Source of the DNA: Lama guanicoe
Lineage: Eukaryota
Assembly (NCBI GenBank): GCA_013239625.1
Contig: MU054323.1
Span: 5,321,220 to 5,385,219 of the forward strand
Direction: 5' to 3'
Length of the DNA stretch: 64,000 nt
Position numbers and translations under genes: made by a program. A model generated the notes under the pieces. It saw only the letters and a program-made list of their open reading frames with translations, searched no databases and was not told the origin of the DNA. Below are positions 37,606 through 51,730 of the stretch, in pieces (position 1 is the first letter of the stretch; each line of letters starts with the position of its first letter).

Positions 37606-37859
37606 CCTGCTGGCCAGTGGTCTGTTTCTCATTAACTGCAACAACCCTCCATAAAGCTCTTTTGGTCTCTCGTTTTTCTTTCCTCCAAATTCACCTGCCA
37701 TGGTATCATTTGAAAATGTGCATCTTGATATGTTATTCTTCAACATCAAATGCCATTTTAGCACCTAAAAATCTCTAGGATGAAGCTCACGGTGTATTGT
37801 AAAAAGCCCTCCTCAGTTTGGTTCCGAATTACCATATGTTCCAATTTCTTGCCAGCTCC

Positions 37860-38015
37860 TTCAGCAACTATTTGTTCATCTATTTTTTCAATCAACCTAC
37901 AGTTACCTAATGCCTACCTTTTATGAGAAATTGTTCTAGGCACCGGGTATATGAAACCTAAATGATACAATTTCTTCCAAAATAGGCCTCTAATGTAGGT
38001 GAAGAGACCGACAAC
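37860..38015 (-). mobile_element. L2 3' end fragment
   Basis: 'aatgcctaccttttatgagaaattgttctaggcaccgggtatatg'. Confidence 0.55.
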
Positions 38016-38044
38016 TTAATCAGCTATCACAGTTCAAGACAAAA

Positions 38045-38280
38045 AGGCTGTGGCTTAAAGAAACCAAATGGCATGATTCCAACTCCACCGCTTACTGTTT
38101 CTGAGAATCTGGAGAAGTCAATATTTGTCTCTGAATGTCAGCGTTCTCCCTTGTAAATATTGGAAATAACACACCTAATACCTCACAGCATCGTTGAGAG
38201 GGATTAAACTTGATGATACAAATAAAGTTATTAGCATAATGCAGAATTCAGAGCGAAAATCCAGTAAGTATATGTTAAAT
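38045..38280 (+). mobile_element. MIR SINE
   Basis: 'ctccaccgcttactg...tctctgaatgtcagcgttctcccttgtaaa...atacctcacag...gagggattaaa'. Confidence 0.75.
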
Positions 38281-38599
38281 TTGGATACTCAGTTTTTGTT
38301 TGTATTTATGGACACATGTTGCACATGAGGCAGAGGAGGGGCAGGGCAGATGCTCAGAGGGAGTAAGCCCAGGGGTGAGCCTCGAACAATGACAGGACTT
38401 ACCCCCAAACGAGGAAAGTTTCCGGGTAGGGAGGACATCGCGCGGGAAGACACAGATGCCGCAACAGCAGGATGTGCTGCAGACACAGTAGCTGGGCTTG
38501 TCTGAGAAGGTGCATGTGGGCAACTTAATTTACAGACTCTCTCACTTATTTTTCCCAGTCCCCATCTTTACTCCCTCACAAAATAAAAAGAAGGAAAAT

Positions 38600-39000
38600 G
38601 TATGTATCTGGCACTTGGTGTGTACCATTGTTCTAAGGGCTTTACGCCTATGAACTTGCTATTAATCTCTCTATTGTGCAGATGAGGAAAGGGAGACCAA
38701 GAAGGGCTAAGTGTTCGTCTCAAGGTCGTGAAACTGCTAATTCATAGACCTGAGATTCAGACCCAAGCAGTGATGAAGCTCTTGTGCATACAGCTCCAAA
38801 GTCCACCAAAGCCAACAGACACAAGTAAACACAGAAACAAGGGAGCAAACAGGGAGAACAACTGGGTAGATCAAATCATTAAAGCTTACCCAGTTTATTC
38901 TCGACCACAAATGAGAAAAATGACACTCAAAAGGCTAAGTGACTCTCCCTTCAGTACTGAATGTAGTAAATGGCAGTTATAAGACTAGAATCCAAATATC
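38600..39000 (-). mobile_element. Two MIR fragments
   Basis: 'gcagatgaggaaagggagacc...gggctaagtg...caaggtc' and 'acaaatgagaaaaatgacactcaaaaggctaagtgact'. Confidence 0.65.
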
Positions 39001-39469
39001 TCCAGCGACATAAAAATTCATAACCATGTCAGTGAACGCATGCATAGAGATATTAGGCATGTACATATAGGTGTGTCACATAGATTTATATGTATGTACA
39101 TATTATGTATACATGTATGTATGTTGAGTATCCACTTAGCAGAGTGAGTAATTTAATGGTTTCTGCCCCATGAAACTGTGTGTTTAGTGTTTAAAATCAA
39201 TCAAACATTGACTGATTAGCCTTCCAGTTGAAAACAGTGTTGAGAAAGCAGCCTCTCAGTTTCGAACATATACAAGTAGTATCAGATACTGTGTTTCTTA
39301 CAAATATCTTCAAGTTCTTCTGGGAGAAAAGGGTATTTTAAGTTACTAGAGACTACTAATGTATATATGTATATATACATTTTAGAATACAGGTAATTAA
39401 TCCAAAAGACCCAAGGTCACCAAACATTTTTTTCCTTAAAATACACTTCTAAATTTATCTAGTTTTTGC

Positions 39470-40035
39470 ACATAATTTGGGATATAAAACAGACACAATC
39501 CCAGCCCTGGTATAACTTCCATTGTGGCTGAGAAAAACAAATGATACCTAATACTTGTAACAAATGTTATTCAATAGTTATATGGTGGTAAGTTCCAAGG
39601 GAACAGGAAAATATAGGTCAGGTTAGGGGAAGCCACAAGTGGGGGCTACAGTATTAAATACAGGAGTCAAGGTGACCCTTTAAAGAAAACGACAACGGAA
39701 AAAAATTAAAGGTAGTGCAAGATAGGTAGCTAGATATCTGGTAGAAGAACTTTCCAGGCAGAGGAAATGGCAGGTGCAAAGGCCCCGAGGCAGGAGAGTG
39801 TCTGGCATGTTTAAGAAATACCAGGGAGGCTGGAGATTGGGGGGTGGGTTAAAACAACATGACTAGGGGTAAGAAATAATAGGAGAGGTAACAGAGCCAG
39901 ATCATGTAGGGACCCCACTTTGCAATGCAAAGCCATTAGGGATCTGAGCTGAGACTGTCACAATCTGACAGATGTTTTACATTGTTCTTAGGGAGACGGT
40001 ATAAGAATGTTGTAGTAATCCAAGTGAGAAATGAT
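39470..40035 (-). mobile_element. L2 LINE fragment
   Basis: 'ttccaggcagaggaaatggcaggtgcaaaggccccgaggcaggagagtgtctggcatgtttaag' is a classic antisense L2 motif. Confidence 0.88.
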
Positions 40036-40059
40036 GGGAAACACTGCACATTGTTCCCC

Positions 40060-42400
40060 AGTCTCACAGGGAAACTTGCAACACTTCACCATTAAGCAGT
40101 ATGTTTCGTGTAGATTGTTTGAAATCTAAGAATCTAATGATAGATTCCACCACTGTTAATTTTAACCAGAAATTCTATTCCTAATTCCCTAAGTTATTTT
40201 AAAAACCAGATGTAAAGTTTAAATATGCCTCTTTGATTCGGTATGAATTGTCATTAGTTTATTTAAATGTAATAAATTACACTGACTGACTGTTCTAATA
40301 TTAAAATAATCTTGCATGCCTACAGCAAACCCTCATGATACTTTTTCTTTCTTTGATGCTTGGTTACTTTGACTGTACTGTGCTTTTTCATAAAAAAAAA
40401 ACTATTCGTAGCAATTATTTCAGTTATAGAACAAAGTTTTTTTTCCAAAGAACTTCTATGTTTGCTTGCCAGTGCTTGATATTGATTTTTTACCACTAAG
40501 GTAGTTTCTAACATTGAGGTGACCTCACATTATTGACATAAAATCTATTTTGTCATAGTTCGTTATTAATTAGGATATTAATACTGAAGTCTATTCCTTG
40601 GCATTTATTGGAGACTTTTGGATCTATAACCAAAAGTGAAACTGGTCTACTTTTTTTCTTGTACTGGCCTTTTCTTGTTTTGGTATAAAAGTTGTAAAAG
40701 TCTCATAGTTATGTGAATATTTCTTTTTTATTTTCTTAAATAAATTATATATCATAGGGAACTTTTAAACTGATTCATCATGTGTTTTTTTATTGTTCCT
40801 GATTTCTTTTAGACTAATAAAGATTTCTATAACCTATTTTTCTCCACTGATTTGAAGATATAAATTGCATACCTAATCTTCAAACTTTACCGAAATTTAA
40901 CTACACATTTTTCTAATAAAGTCTGAAGTTATTCAATGTTTTTTGTCCCTTGCAAAACTTGTCAAAAATCTTAGCAAGTCTTAAAAATGCATAGCACTCC
41001 CATTATGTTATTGCTGTCTATATTTTTAGCTTTACTTTTTTGAACACAATTTTTTTTCATTGACAGACATAGTTTTATTTTTTCTGTGCTCACTTTTGTT
41101 GGCTTTCAATGTTCTGAGTCCACATCTCCTCTACCTGAAGTGCATATATTATAAATCTTTTGAAATTATTCTGTAAATGGTAACAGTCTTTGCATAACTG
41201 AAAAATGTCTTTACCCTCACTCAGGAATGGAGACTTCGCTGAGTGTCTCGGTTAACAGTGAGTTTCCCTCAAGATTTTGAATATATGATTCTATTGCCTT
41301 CTGGAAATTCTTCTGGGTGATATCTGCCTGCAGTCAAATTACAACTTATGCATAGGTAATCCATCTTTTCTCTCTGCTAGCTTCTAAGGTTTTTCTTTCC
41401 CTTTCATGTTGAACAGTTTCACTCCTACATGCCACAGTGTGAATTTGTTTTTGTTTTTCCCATATGGCATTTGTTGTGTATTTTCTAAGGACTTAGAAAT
41501 TCTTAAAATCTGAAAAATCTCACCTATTATGTCTTTCCATATTGCTTCTCTACCATTACATCTATCTTTTCTTCCAGAATTCCTGCTAAACATACAGTGG
41601 AGTGTACTAATCTACCATCCACGAACTTAATGATTTTCCAGTTTTCACTTTTTTCCTGTCACTACTTGATTCTGGGAAGACTATACTCTTCAAAGGACTC
41701 TTGTTCCTTTGGGTCCTTCCCACATGTTCTCTAATCTATTACATTCTTTAATTTCAAATTTCATAAATTCCAAGATTTCAATTTAACCCTTTCACATTTT
41801 TTCAGTTTATTTTTATCATAATCCCTTCATTTTAATGGATGTTATCAAATTATTTCTCTTTTGACATCCTAAACACACTTGTATTAATTATTTAAAATAA
41901 TATTAAACTAATTTCACAAGAATGAATTGATGTTGGAATTTTTAGTGATGTGAGCCTTCTTTCGGAACATGTGACTTCTTCGTGTGGTTAAGTATTGTAT
42001 CTGCAGCTCATATCAGGAGCAGGGACCCCCTCCCTCTGTACTCAGTCTCCTCAATGTACAAAGTCTGAGTTTGCCGCTTGCCAGGCCCCAGAACTAGGTT
42101 TTAAATGGCATGCCAGGGCTTTGGTTCACAGTGATGCTTGAGAATATTACAGATTTAGCTGGTGGCTTTTCTGGTTTTCTTGTTTTGAGGCTTTTTTCTT
42201 TTTCCTTCTTCCCTCTCTAGCCCACAGCTTCCTCTAAAGCCATGGATGAAGCAGATTTTTGGCAAAAAGCTTTTCTCCAGCCTCTTTTTTACTGACTGTG
42301 AAAGAGACACTGAGCCTGCCTCCTGTCTCCAATCTAATATGGTTCTCTTCTCCATGGTTATTCCTCTGAGCTGAACTTCTGTCTACCACATCTTGCTTTC
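40060..42400 (-). mobile_element. Old degenerate L1 (ORF2 remnant, ORF1 and 5' region)
   Basis: The ORF at 41384-41593 (NGREAIWKDIIGEIFQIL...KNKNKFTLWHVGVKL...KEK) resembles L1 ORF1p. Antisense ORF2-like motifs occur at 40080-40750. Confidence 0.75.
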
Positions 42401-42830
42401 TCATCAGCTAAGAGGACTATGGCCTCAAGCTCTAAAAGGCCCATACTCTGCTCAAGAACAACTGGAAAAAGCTAGACAAAAATTTTAGAACTTTGGTGGA
42501 GACTCCGAGTTATAAGAAACCAGTCTGGACTTGGGAGGCCTGATCCTAAGGGAAAGGAGGCACACTGAAGTGAGCACAACTTTCTGGAAGCCATGTTTAC
42601 CCCCAGGGACTTGTCTATTCTTGGCACAGAAGGTGAAGCTGAGATACTTGGCAGAGACTCACTGCTACAAGACAGAAAACTAGCAAAGATATTCAATACC
42701 TCACAAGGCTGAGAATTTTAAAAAAAAAATAGGAAGTTTTGCAGTTGCCAAAGCAATCAAGTCTGAAGGAAATAAGTCTATGAGAGAAGAGACAGAGGGA
42801 AAATTAAGCTTCACACTCAGTGGTTTAGAC

Positions 42831-43060
42831 CAGGGTTTCTCATCCTCTATACTACTGATATGTTGGGCCACATAATTCTTGATCATAGGAGGCTTCCTGA
42901 GCATTGTAGACTACCTAGCAGCATCCCTGGCCTCTACACGTTAGATGTCAATAAAAACCCACCCCCTACCTCCCACCTCCAGAGTTGTGAGAACCAAAAC
43001 TATCTCCAGACACTATCCAATGTCCCTTGAGGAGCAAAATCACTCTGACTGATAACCAAG
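42831..43060 (+). mobile_element. MER20 hAT-Charlie element nested in L1
   Basis: 'cagggtttctca...agcagcatccctggcctctac...gttgtgagaaccaaaactatctccagacact'; degenerate 8-bp TSD GTTTAGAC/ATTTAGAT. Confidence 0.88.
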
Positions 43061-43734
43061 CATTTAGATTCTTGAAATATTTGCCAAATCCTTAAGGTAT
43101 ACAGAGTAAGAGGCTAAGAAACCAAGCAGATAGAAAAAAATAAACTGAATAACTGAACAGAATGACCAAGTCACAAGGTACAGAAGAGATAAAAATCAGA
43201 GTTTCCTGGTGGGGGGGATCTTAGCAAACAGCCCAGTCTCTATGTTGGCGCCTCTGGAGAGCTTGACATTACAACTGGGATGGTCCATTCTAGTCTGAGT
43301 CTGACAGTAAAGGCATCAGCCCTTAAAGAGCTAAGGTCCAGATTAGAGATGATCTGCGATAGCTGTCTGCCAGGTATCAACAAAGAGAATCATCACCAAA
43401 GGAAGATAATGTCAGCCAGAAACTATAATTTTTTAATACAGTGTCTTGTGCTCAATCAAACAAGAAGTAGTATAACAAGAAGTAGGATCAACCAACAGAA
43501 GATAAAACAGATAATAAAGTGGATCCATAGGTGACCAAGTTATTGAGGTTATCAAATATGGACTTTAAAATAAGTAATATTCAACAAGCCAGTATTATAA
43601 GGTCAAGAAAATAGATGACAAGATTGAAAATATAAATCTAAACCTTCAAATAAATCTTCAAAAGTACTTTTAGAACTAAAAAATAAAATTGTTAATGAGA
43701 AGCCAATAGAGGGGTTTAACAGTAGATAAGACAT

Positions 43735-43895
43735 TTCTTGGCACATGGCCCCTCATCACTCTTACCATTGCTTCCTTCATCACACCTTTTTTGACTCATA
43801 CTTATAGTATCCTTGTGAATATACTGGGCCCATGCAGATAATGTTGGATACTTTCACACCCCAAGAGCATTAATCTAATCAAACATGCAAAATTT
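43735..43895 (-). mobile_element. MaLR (MLT1A-D-like) LTR fragment within L1
   Basis: 'ccttgtgaatatactgggcccatgcagataat...aatctaatcaaacatgcaaa'. Confidence 0.6.
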
Positions 43896-44093
43896 AACAA
43901 GATTTTCTTAAATTTCAGGAAAATATGCAAAGCTATCCACTGAAAACTAAAAAACATTGTTGAGAGAAATTAAAGTCTTCAAAAAATGGAGAGATATACC
44001 ATGTTCATGGATCAGGTGACTGAATATCTTTAAGATGTCAGTTTTCTCTAAATTGGTCTAGAATTGTTTAGTTTTTGTTTGATTGTTTTCTTT

Positions 44094-44118
44094 GTGTGTG
44101 TGTGTGTGTGTGTGTGTG
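44094..44118. repeat. (TG)n microsatellite
   Basis: About 12 TG units. Confidence 0.95.
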
Positions 44119-46479
44119 GAAATTCACATGTGGATTCTCGCATTTCTATAGAAATGCAAAAAACTGAGAATACTCAAAGTAATTTTGAAAAACAACAAAG
44201 TTGGAGGACTTAACCTAATTTCAAAAATTTCCTTAATGCTAACATAATCAAGAGAGCATTGTACTGGTGTGACTATATGTATACAATCCCTGGAAGAAAA
44301 TTAAAAGTTCAGAAATGGAGTGACATATATATATGGTCAATACATTTTTTAAAAAGGTATCAAGTTAATTCTATGTATGAAATAATTCAAAAAGAATTAT
44401 ATATGCAAAAAATGAACCTTGACTTTTATTTTACATAATATACAAACATTAGCCTAATGTGGATTATAGACCTACATGTAAGAGCTAAAACTGTAAGTCT
44501 AAAGAACATAAAGGAAAAAAATCTTTGTAACCTTGATAAGCAGTTTTCTTAGCACACAAAAGGAGCAAAATACAGACATACGAATAATAAATTGGACTTT
44601 ACCAAAATGAAAAGAATTTGCTCTTCAAAAGATATTTTTAAGAAAATAAAGATAAGTCACAGATTAGAAGAAAATATTTCAAAACATAGACCTCACATAG
44701 TATTGCACACAGAATATATAAAGAATTCTTTCAATTCAATAATAAAAATCCAAATAATTCAATTATTTACATAGACAAAAGATTTGAACAGAAACTTTAC
44801 CAAAGATATATGAGTGATAAATAAGCATTTAAAACGATATATAATGTCATTAGTCACTAGGAATACACAAATTTAAAAGCACAATGAGATATTACTACGC
44901 ACCCACTGAAGCTGCTAAAATTAAAAAGACTAACAATAGCAGGTGATAGCGAAGATTTGGAGAAATTAAAACTCTCATATATTGATGATGGGGGTGCAAA
45001 TAATACAATCACACTGGACAGTATTTCAGTGATTCTTAACTATTTAAACATAGTTTTATCATATGACTCAGCAGATTTACCAGTAGGAATTTAAGCAAAT
45101 AAATATATATTCCCACACAAAGAGTTTTACTAGAATGTTTAAAGCAGTTTGTTGCTTAATAACCCAAAATTGGAAACAACCTATATATGCAAATCTACTG
45201 GTGAATTAAGAAATTGTATCATGTGAATACAACTGAATACTACTCAGTAATAAAAAGGAACAAATTACACATGTGACAATTCAAATGAATTAATCACAAA
45301 ATAATATACTAAGTAAAAGACATCAGATACAAATTATTACTTACTGTTTGATTCAATTTTTATGAAATTCTAGAAAAGCCAAAACTATAACAACAAGAAA
45401 TGTATTTGCCTGGGATCTGGTGGGTTCTTTTGACTGGACAGGGTCCCCAAGAGTGATAAAAATATTCTGTATCTATATATCCTGATTGTGATTGATTACA
45501 TGATTATATATCATTGTAAAAGCTAAACAAATTGTATGTTTTAATAAGGTAAATTGTATTATATGTAAATTGTACCTTAATTACTTTTAACAGAGAGGAA
45601 GTAGGTAGGGATTGATGTGGTAGGTCCCAATGCTAGTCTTAAAATCCAGAGAGACAAGCTTGAACAATATGATGTCCAATGATGTCAATCAATATGATGA
45701 AGAGTATGATGAACAATATCTACACGAGATTAATATATTTGTGTGTCATAAGTAAATGATGCTCCTGAGGTTTACAAAGTATTTGGATTGCTTTCTACAT
45801 ATGTGTTTCCTTCTTTTGCAGTTGTGAGAAGTCTTAGAAAGTTCCTTAGTAAAAGAAGTTATAAAATATATTTATACTACTTCTATAGTAGCCCTCTGGT
45901 TGATGATGCCAAGGAATGGAGGCAAGTGGAGGTAATTTTCCAAGGCTAGTCATGAGTTAATGGATTCCCTTAAAGGTGATTTAAATTGGCTAAATTTTTA
46001 CATCTGACCCTCAAATCAAACAAGAGTGAAAGGAAAATGAACCAGCAAATATAATACACATCCTCTGACCTAGTAGTGTGAAACAAAAATTAAGTGAAAA
46101 ATTTCAACCCTGTCCAGTACCCTTAATAGAATCTACCTGCTGTAGAATAATGAGGCCTCTGATCATGCCAGATCAGATGCAAGCACAATTTGCAGGTGCG
46201 CAGCTTCTCTCTTGAAAGAAGTTGTTAAACCATGAAGGGCATGTCAGAATCACTATCCTGCTTTTCAGAACACCAAGGAGTTCACCAGGAGGAAAGCAGC
46301 ACATGCATATCATATCAGCCCAACCCAGAGCACAATTTCATTAAATATTCAGCATCATGAGGAACTCCTTGTTTTACATATAGGATTTGATTCCCTTGGG
46401 GACCAAGGTGGTGTGAAATCCTTGTTACACAGCACCGCTGGGGATTGGAAGGCCCTGGCTAATTCTTGTTGACTCAAAA

Positions 46480-47135
46480 ATACTGTGCAACTGGCACGTG
46501 GAAAAGCAACTATAAAGAAATTAGATTACATTACACAGTGGATCTTTATAAGAATTTTATCCAAAATCCTACTAAGGGACTAGGAGAAATTATTTACTAT
46601 ATATACAATAGACATAGTGTTAAAATCTTTAATATAGCATGAAACAATTTTGAATAAATAACAGGCACAAAGGAAGTCCGAGAAATGATGAACATGTATA
46701 AAATGACAGTCACCTCACTGATCATCTTGCAAATGCAAATTAGAATAAAATGTTTTTTTGATCCATAAAGCTGACCCAAAAGAAAAGCTGAGGTGGAAAA
46801 TGTCCAGTATTGCTGATGGTATGGAAAATGTCGCACTGATTATGAAAGGCATTTTGGCAGTATCTATCAAAAGGTTCAAGCATATTTGCTTGGATCCATC
46901 AGTTCCTCTTCTAAGAATTAGTTCTACATAAATACTGACCCATGCATGCAAAGATATGTTTTGCAGCAGTGTTTGAAAGGGAAATTATTGGAAACCATTA
47001 TCCATTGACAAAAAGGTAGAAATTTAATTTGTGCTCCACCCATACTACAGGCTGCTTTGCCAAAATAAATTAATAAATCTGCATGGAGGGCTACTCCATG
47101 AGACCTAGTGCATATTTTTAAGTGGAAAGACCAAA
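46480..47135 (+). mobile_element. L1ME-type ORF2 3'/3' UTR remnant
   Basis: 'ggcattttggcagtatctatcaaa...gatccatcagttcctcttctaagaatt...tgcaaagatatg'. Confidence 0.7.
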
Positions 47136-47339
47136 ACAATCTTCCATTCCCTAAATTTTAATTCCGTGTAATTCTGTTGACTATTTTATAACAATCATAG
47201 TTTACTCTTACACTGTTATAAAGCCAAAGAAAAAAGGGAAGAAAGAAATCACTTGACATGATTTGACCAAAAGATTACCTTCTTGATTTTTCTCTTTTCC
47301 TTAGTTTCTTACTCCTTTTATCCCTCTTTCTCTCCCTCT

Positions 47340-47640
47340 CTTCTTTCAACATTTATCAGATGGCTTCTATGAGCCAGTTACCATTCTGGGCGGTGTGGAA
47401 ATATATGTTTAGTGTTCACTGAGAAGATATAAAACAAATAAACAATTACAATAGATTATTGTAGTGCCATAGTAGATCTATGGGCAAAGCCTGAGATGAG
47501 CCAGAGAAATGAGCACTTAAGTTTGACTGAGAGAAAAGGCAACAAGAATGAAAAGTGGGGAAGTTTTACAGATAAATAATCAGGGAGGAAAAACACTTTT
47601 TTCATGCAGAGGAAAATAGAATTTAGTATCAAACAATCAG
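47340..47640 (-). mobile_element. L2 3' fragment
   Basis: 'caacatttatcagatggcttctatgagccag...aaacaaataaacaattacaata'. Confidence 0.5.
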
Positions 47641-47989
47641 GCCTTCCTGATTCTGTCTGAGTAGAGGTGAAAGAGAAAGAAAACAATTCTCTGTAAATTC
47701 AGACAAATTCTATCAGAATTCAGTACATGTACATGAAGTGCCAAAATTCTTACTGCACAGTTGGCAAGCATGTGAATTCTTTACATTTCCAATTTCCTGC
47801 TATGACTGTCCTAAATATCCGAAATGTTTTATTTTTCCCCCAGACTAATGGAGATGCCTCAAGTTGTGGTTTTTTCCTATATCTCTTTGTGAAAATTTTC
47901 ACAAACCTTTTACAGCTTATAAGCCATCATGAACCACACAGCTTAATAAGGTGGCCATCAAATATGCAAGTTCCCTAAATCATCATATA

Positions 47990-48135
47990 TGCTTGTCACA
48001 GCAACTACACGATCTCAAAAGAACAGCAGGGGAATTGTGTGAGGAAGACATTATTTTCCCTATCCACAGATGAGAAAAAGAAGATATGTTAAGTAATTTG
48101 TCCAACGTGAAACCATTCATGGTCTGAACCTTGTG
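47990..48135 (-). mobile_element. MIR fragment
   Basis: 'cattattttccctatccacagatgagaaaaa...gttaagtaatttgtccaa'. Confidence 0.6.
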
Positions 48136-50679
48136 TGCTTCTCTGCTGGCCCTGCTCCACCACAAGTTCTTTGAAGATCAAAGTGGCGTCTTTTTCTGCT
48201 TGTGAAGAAAGGGACCATGTCCGAGATGTTTAACAGTATCGATGAAGAAAACAATCCTTTATGGAGTAATCTGGTAAAGTATCGTAGCAGGAATGACCAC
48301 TGGTCACCAATTAAGCCAATATTTATATTAGAATGGTTTTAAAATCACTTTTCTGTTCAAATGAAGACACAGACTTTATGTTAAAAATGAATTTATAAAA
48401 ATGAGTTTTAAAGGCAAGCAATAATATTACTAAGAGAATTGGAAATGTTTCCCTTTGTCTTAAAACAGAAAGGAAATATTAATTACTCTAACGCCTTTCC
48501 ATAATATTTTTAAAGTATTTCTCTTGGCATTTGTCATACTTAACTTAAAATAATACTTACTTTGTATTGTTTCTTGTCATATAGTACAAGATCTGCTTAT
48601 CTTACTAACTTCGTATTATTTAGCATCATGCCTTACTCTCTGTATGATGACAGTTTGTAGAGTGAATTAGTGGAAGATTACATATCAATGAATTAAACAA
48701 GCCAGACTTTCATACTAGGTGTGTGTATGGCAGGCTTTGAGGAGCTCAAACATGCTTGTTGACTTTTGAAGAGAATTATGGTTTTATGTAATTAAAAAAA
48801 CACAATATTCATCTAGAATATCAAGCTAAGTCTACATCAAAGGGACATGGGAAAACCTGGGGCAGTACAAGAACACAGGCATACAATTATCTCAAGAAAA
48901 GAGAAAGGGTTGGAAAAGTATTTGATATCCAGGGGGAATAAAATGAGGAACTCTTCTGAGCAAAATATTTTTTACATAGGTTAAGTATTTATTTATTTTG
49001 TAGCTTAAAATATGAAAAATAGTTCAAAATATTTTAAGAAAATTGTCATCCCTCTTTGCAATCTTTGTAGAGTTTACTGAACTTGCAGGGAGATCTCGTG
49101 CATGATGTGTGAAAAGCTAACGCAGAAGGACAAAGAGGCAGTGAATGTATGTGTATCCAGCTGTACCTTGCCAGCTATCAGGACCAACTGACAACCTAGG
49201 AGCAACAGCTTTAGAAAAAGACTGGAGAAATAGAATTCTGGATCCATTTGCAGCTCTCCTTTGCCAGATGGGGTTCCTGCCTGTAGAACAAAGGTAGGGG
49301 ATGGACCAGCAGTGGGACTGGCATTTTGAACGATGTGCCTGTAGGTCACTGGATCACAATCTGCTCAAGAATATGTTGCCAGAAAGATGACACCACCATT
49401 TGACATCCCAATAATTTCCTTGGTAACATATGCAATCGGTTCACAAACCCAGCCCAGCACAGTTGGCCAGAGTTGGGAGACTGGGTGGGGACTTCTTGGC
49501 ACTCCCAAGAAGACAGGTGGAGAAGCTGAGGATTAAGCTGTTTGCTCAGCCAGCAAAGAGGGAGGTGCATCAGAAGCTTCTTGCCATTCTCACACAGATC
49601 TAGACACGTTACCTATTAAAGAGCTTTAGCTGCACTAAAGAATAATGATAATTATTTTACCTGTCTTTATCCTACTAGAGAGGAAACTCCTTGAGGGAGA
49701 AAACTGATTTATTTTTGTCTCCCTCCAATGAAATTCTCCATGCTGTAGACATTGTTTGAATAACAGAATGTGAATAAACATACATTACAACCTATAAAGT
49801 GCTGTGTAAATGATTTGGTTTGATTAGAAAGACATTAAAGTGAAGGAGAAAATGCAAGTTTTACATTTAAAAAAACAGGGTATTTCAGGATATCAATGTT
49901 ACATCCCAGAAATAAAGTTTTATACTCCAAAATAATTCTTAACACTGTCATGTTTCTCTGAGGACCCTCTTTTACACTTTTTTAATAAAAATTGAGTGTG
50001 CATTAGAGCTCTTGAGTTCTCTTTTGAATGCATCTAGAATACAAGAGCTGCTTTCAGGAAATCACAAAAATGTGAAATGGAAAAAAGCTAATATAGTGCA
50101 TTGCTATTATCATGGACGAATCCAAAATGTGGGAAGGTTCACAGCAAACATTATAAGCATAAGATTAGAAGGATAACAGCCCCCTTTTTGGAACCACAAG
50201 TCCATCAGACGAATTTAGGTCCCCAAAGAGCAGAAATGTGGAACAAAGCCAGCAGACCTGGGCAGGGTGAGGCACTGAGGCTGCACTTACATTTGCTTCT
50301 GTTAGGAAGTGAAGAAAAAGCTGGACTCATCAGGACATATTCAGGTAGTCAGGATCTTCTAACTGGTGCAAGAAAACACCTAGCAGGCAAAGACTTCCTG
50401 GACATTCTCTTTCTCCCAGGTACCCACCCTCAAAATGCCCCCTCTTACAAGACAGCTAGAAGTGAAAAAGGGAATTGTACCCAGAACTTGCCAGAAAGGG
50501 AAAGAATAGATACATAAGAGTAATTTAGTAAGCAGGACATGGGAGGAGCTGGCAGCCTCTCTGGACTGATTATTGGTTAAAAAGAAAAGACAGAAACAGA
50601 GAAGAAGGAAGTTTGCAAAGACCAAAGGATGGCGAAGAGACATTAGTAAATCTGTAAACAGATACCAACATACCAGCAA

Positions 50680-50870
50680 TGGCACTAAGTACTTATCATA
50701 AATTTATTTTCTTTAATCTTCACCACAAACCTAGGAGATGGATGCTGCTCATATTTCCATTTTATAAAGAAACTGGGGCTAAGGGAAGTATGGCAACTTC
50801 CCCAACAGTCACATATCTGTTGAACCAGGACTCAGCCGAGGACTGTCAGTCACCAACCCCATTTCCTCTT
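50680..50870 (-). mobile_element. MIR SINE
   Basis: 'tttaatcttcaccacaaacctaggag...ccattttataaagaaactggggct...cttcccaacagtcaca'. Confidence 0.75.
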
Positions 50871-51019
50871 TCCTTATGGTATAGGTCAGCCTTTGACCTG
50901 AGACAGAATACAGGACACCTAGATATCGTGAAATTTTCTTGCTATAAGTAAACACTGGAGGAGCTGGAGAAGTTTAAAACATTTGCAGTAACTGATTTCA
51001 AGCTTTCCTAAGAGAATCG

Positions 51020-51730
51020 TTGTAACATACATCCAAATTCAACCGATTTTTCCACCTCCATTATTTCCGCCTGATGTGAGCTGAGATCATCTCTCTCCTA
51101 GGTTATTGCAATAGTCTCCCAGCTCCTGCCTCACCCTTATATCGCCTATTCTTATCTCAGCAGCTACAGTGATTCTTTTAAAATGAAAGTCAGATTATGT
51201 CACCCTTTGTCTTAAAACCCACCCAGAGGCTTCATATATGACTTGCTGTAAAAGCCCAAGCCCTTATAATGGTCTACAAGACCTTACATGATCTAGCTTT
51301 CTACCTGGCCACACCTCCAACCTCCCTCCCCCTTGTTCATTCTCCTGCAGGCGCAGTAACCTCCTCCTTGTTCCCAGGCCCTTTGTACCTTCTGGTGCTT
51401 CCACCGGGGACCTTCTTCCCCTAGAAATCCACGTGAATCTCCCCCTCACTTCCTTCAGGTTTCTTCTCGAGTGTCATCAAACAAGTGAGATCATCCTTAA
51501 TCATTCAAAACAAAGTGGCACCTCCTCCCAGAACCTCCATCCTGCCATCTCTGTATTATTTTTCCCTAGAGCACACATCACAATCTGACCCTCTAATTGT
51601 ATGTTTGTTATCTGAACCTACCCCAGGAACATGAGCCCCACAAAAGCCTTTTCCTTCACTGATTTATTTCCAATGCCTCTAGCAGTGCCTAGTGTGGGTT
51701 CAATAAATATTTGTTTAATGAATCAATGCA
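51020..51730 (+). mobile_element. L2 LINE 3' portion with terminal tail
   Basis: 'gtcagattatgtcacc', 'gtctacaagaccttacatgatct', and tail 'ttcaataaatatttgtttaatgaatcaatg'. Confidence 0.9.

Larger units (their letters stand above)
42430..45590 (+). mobile_element. Old L1 (L1MC/L1MD-type), 5' region plus ORF2 3' end and 3' UTR, with nested elements
   Basis: 'gaaaactaaaaaacattgttgagagaaattaaag...atggagagatataccatgttcatggat', 'aattggactttaccaaaatgaaaag', 'aatactactcagtaataaaaaggaac'. The ORF at 44592-44774 is ORF2p-like. Confidence 0.85.
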
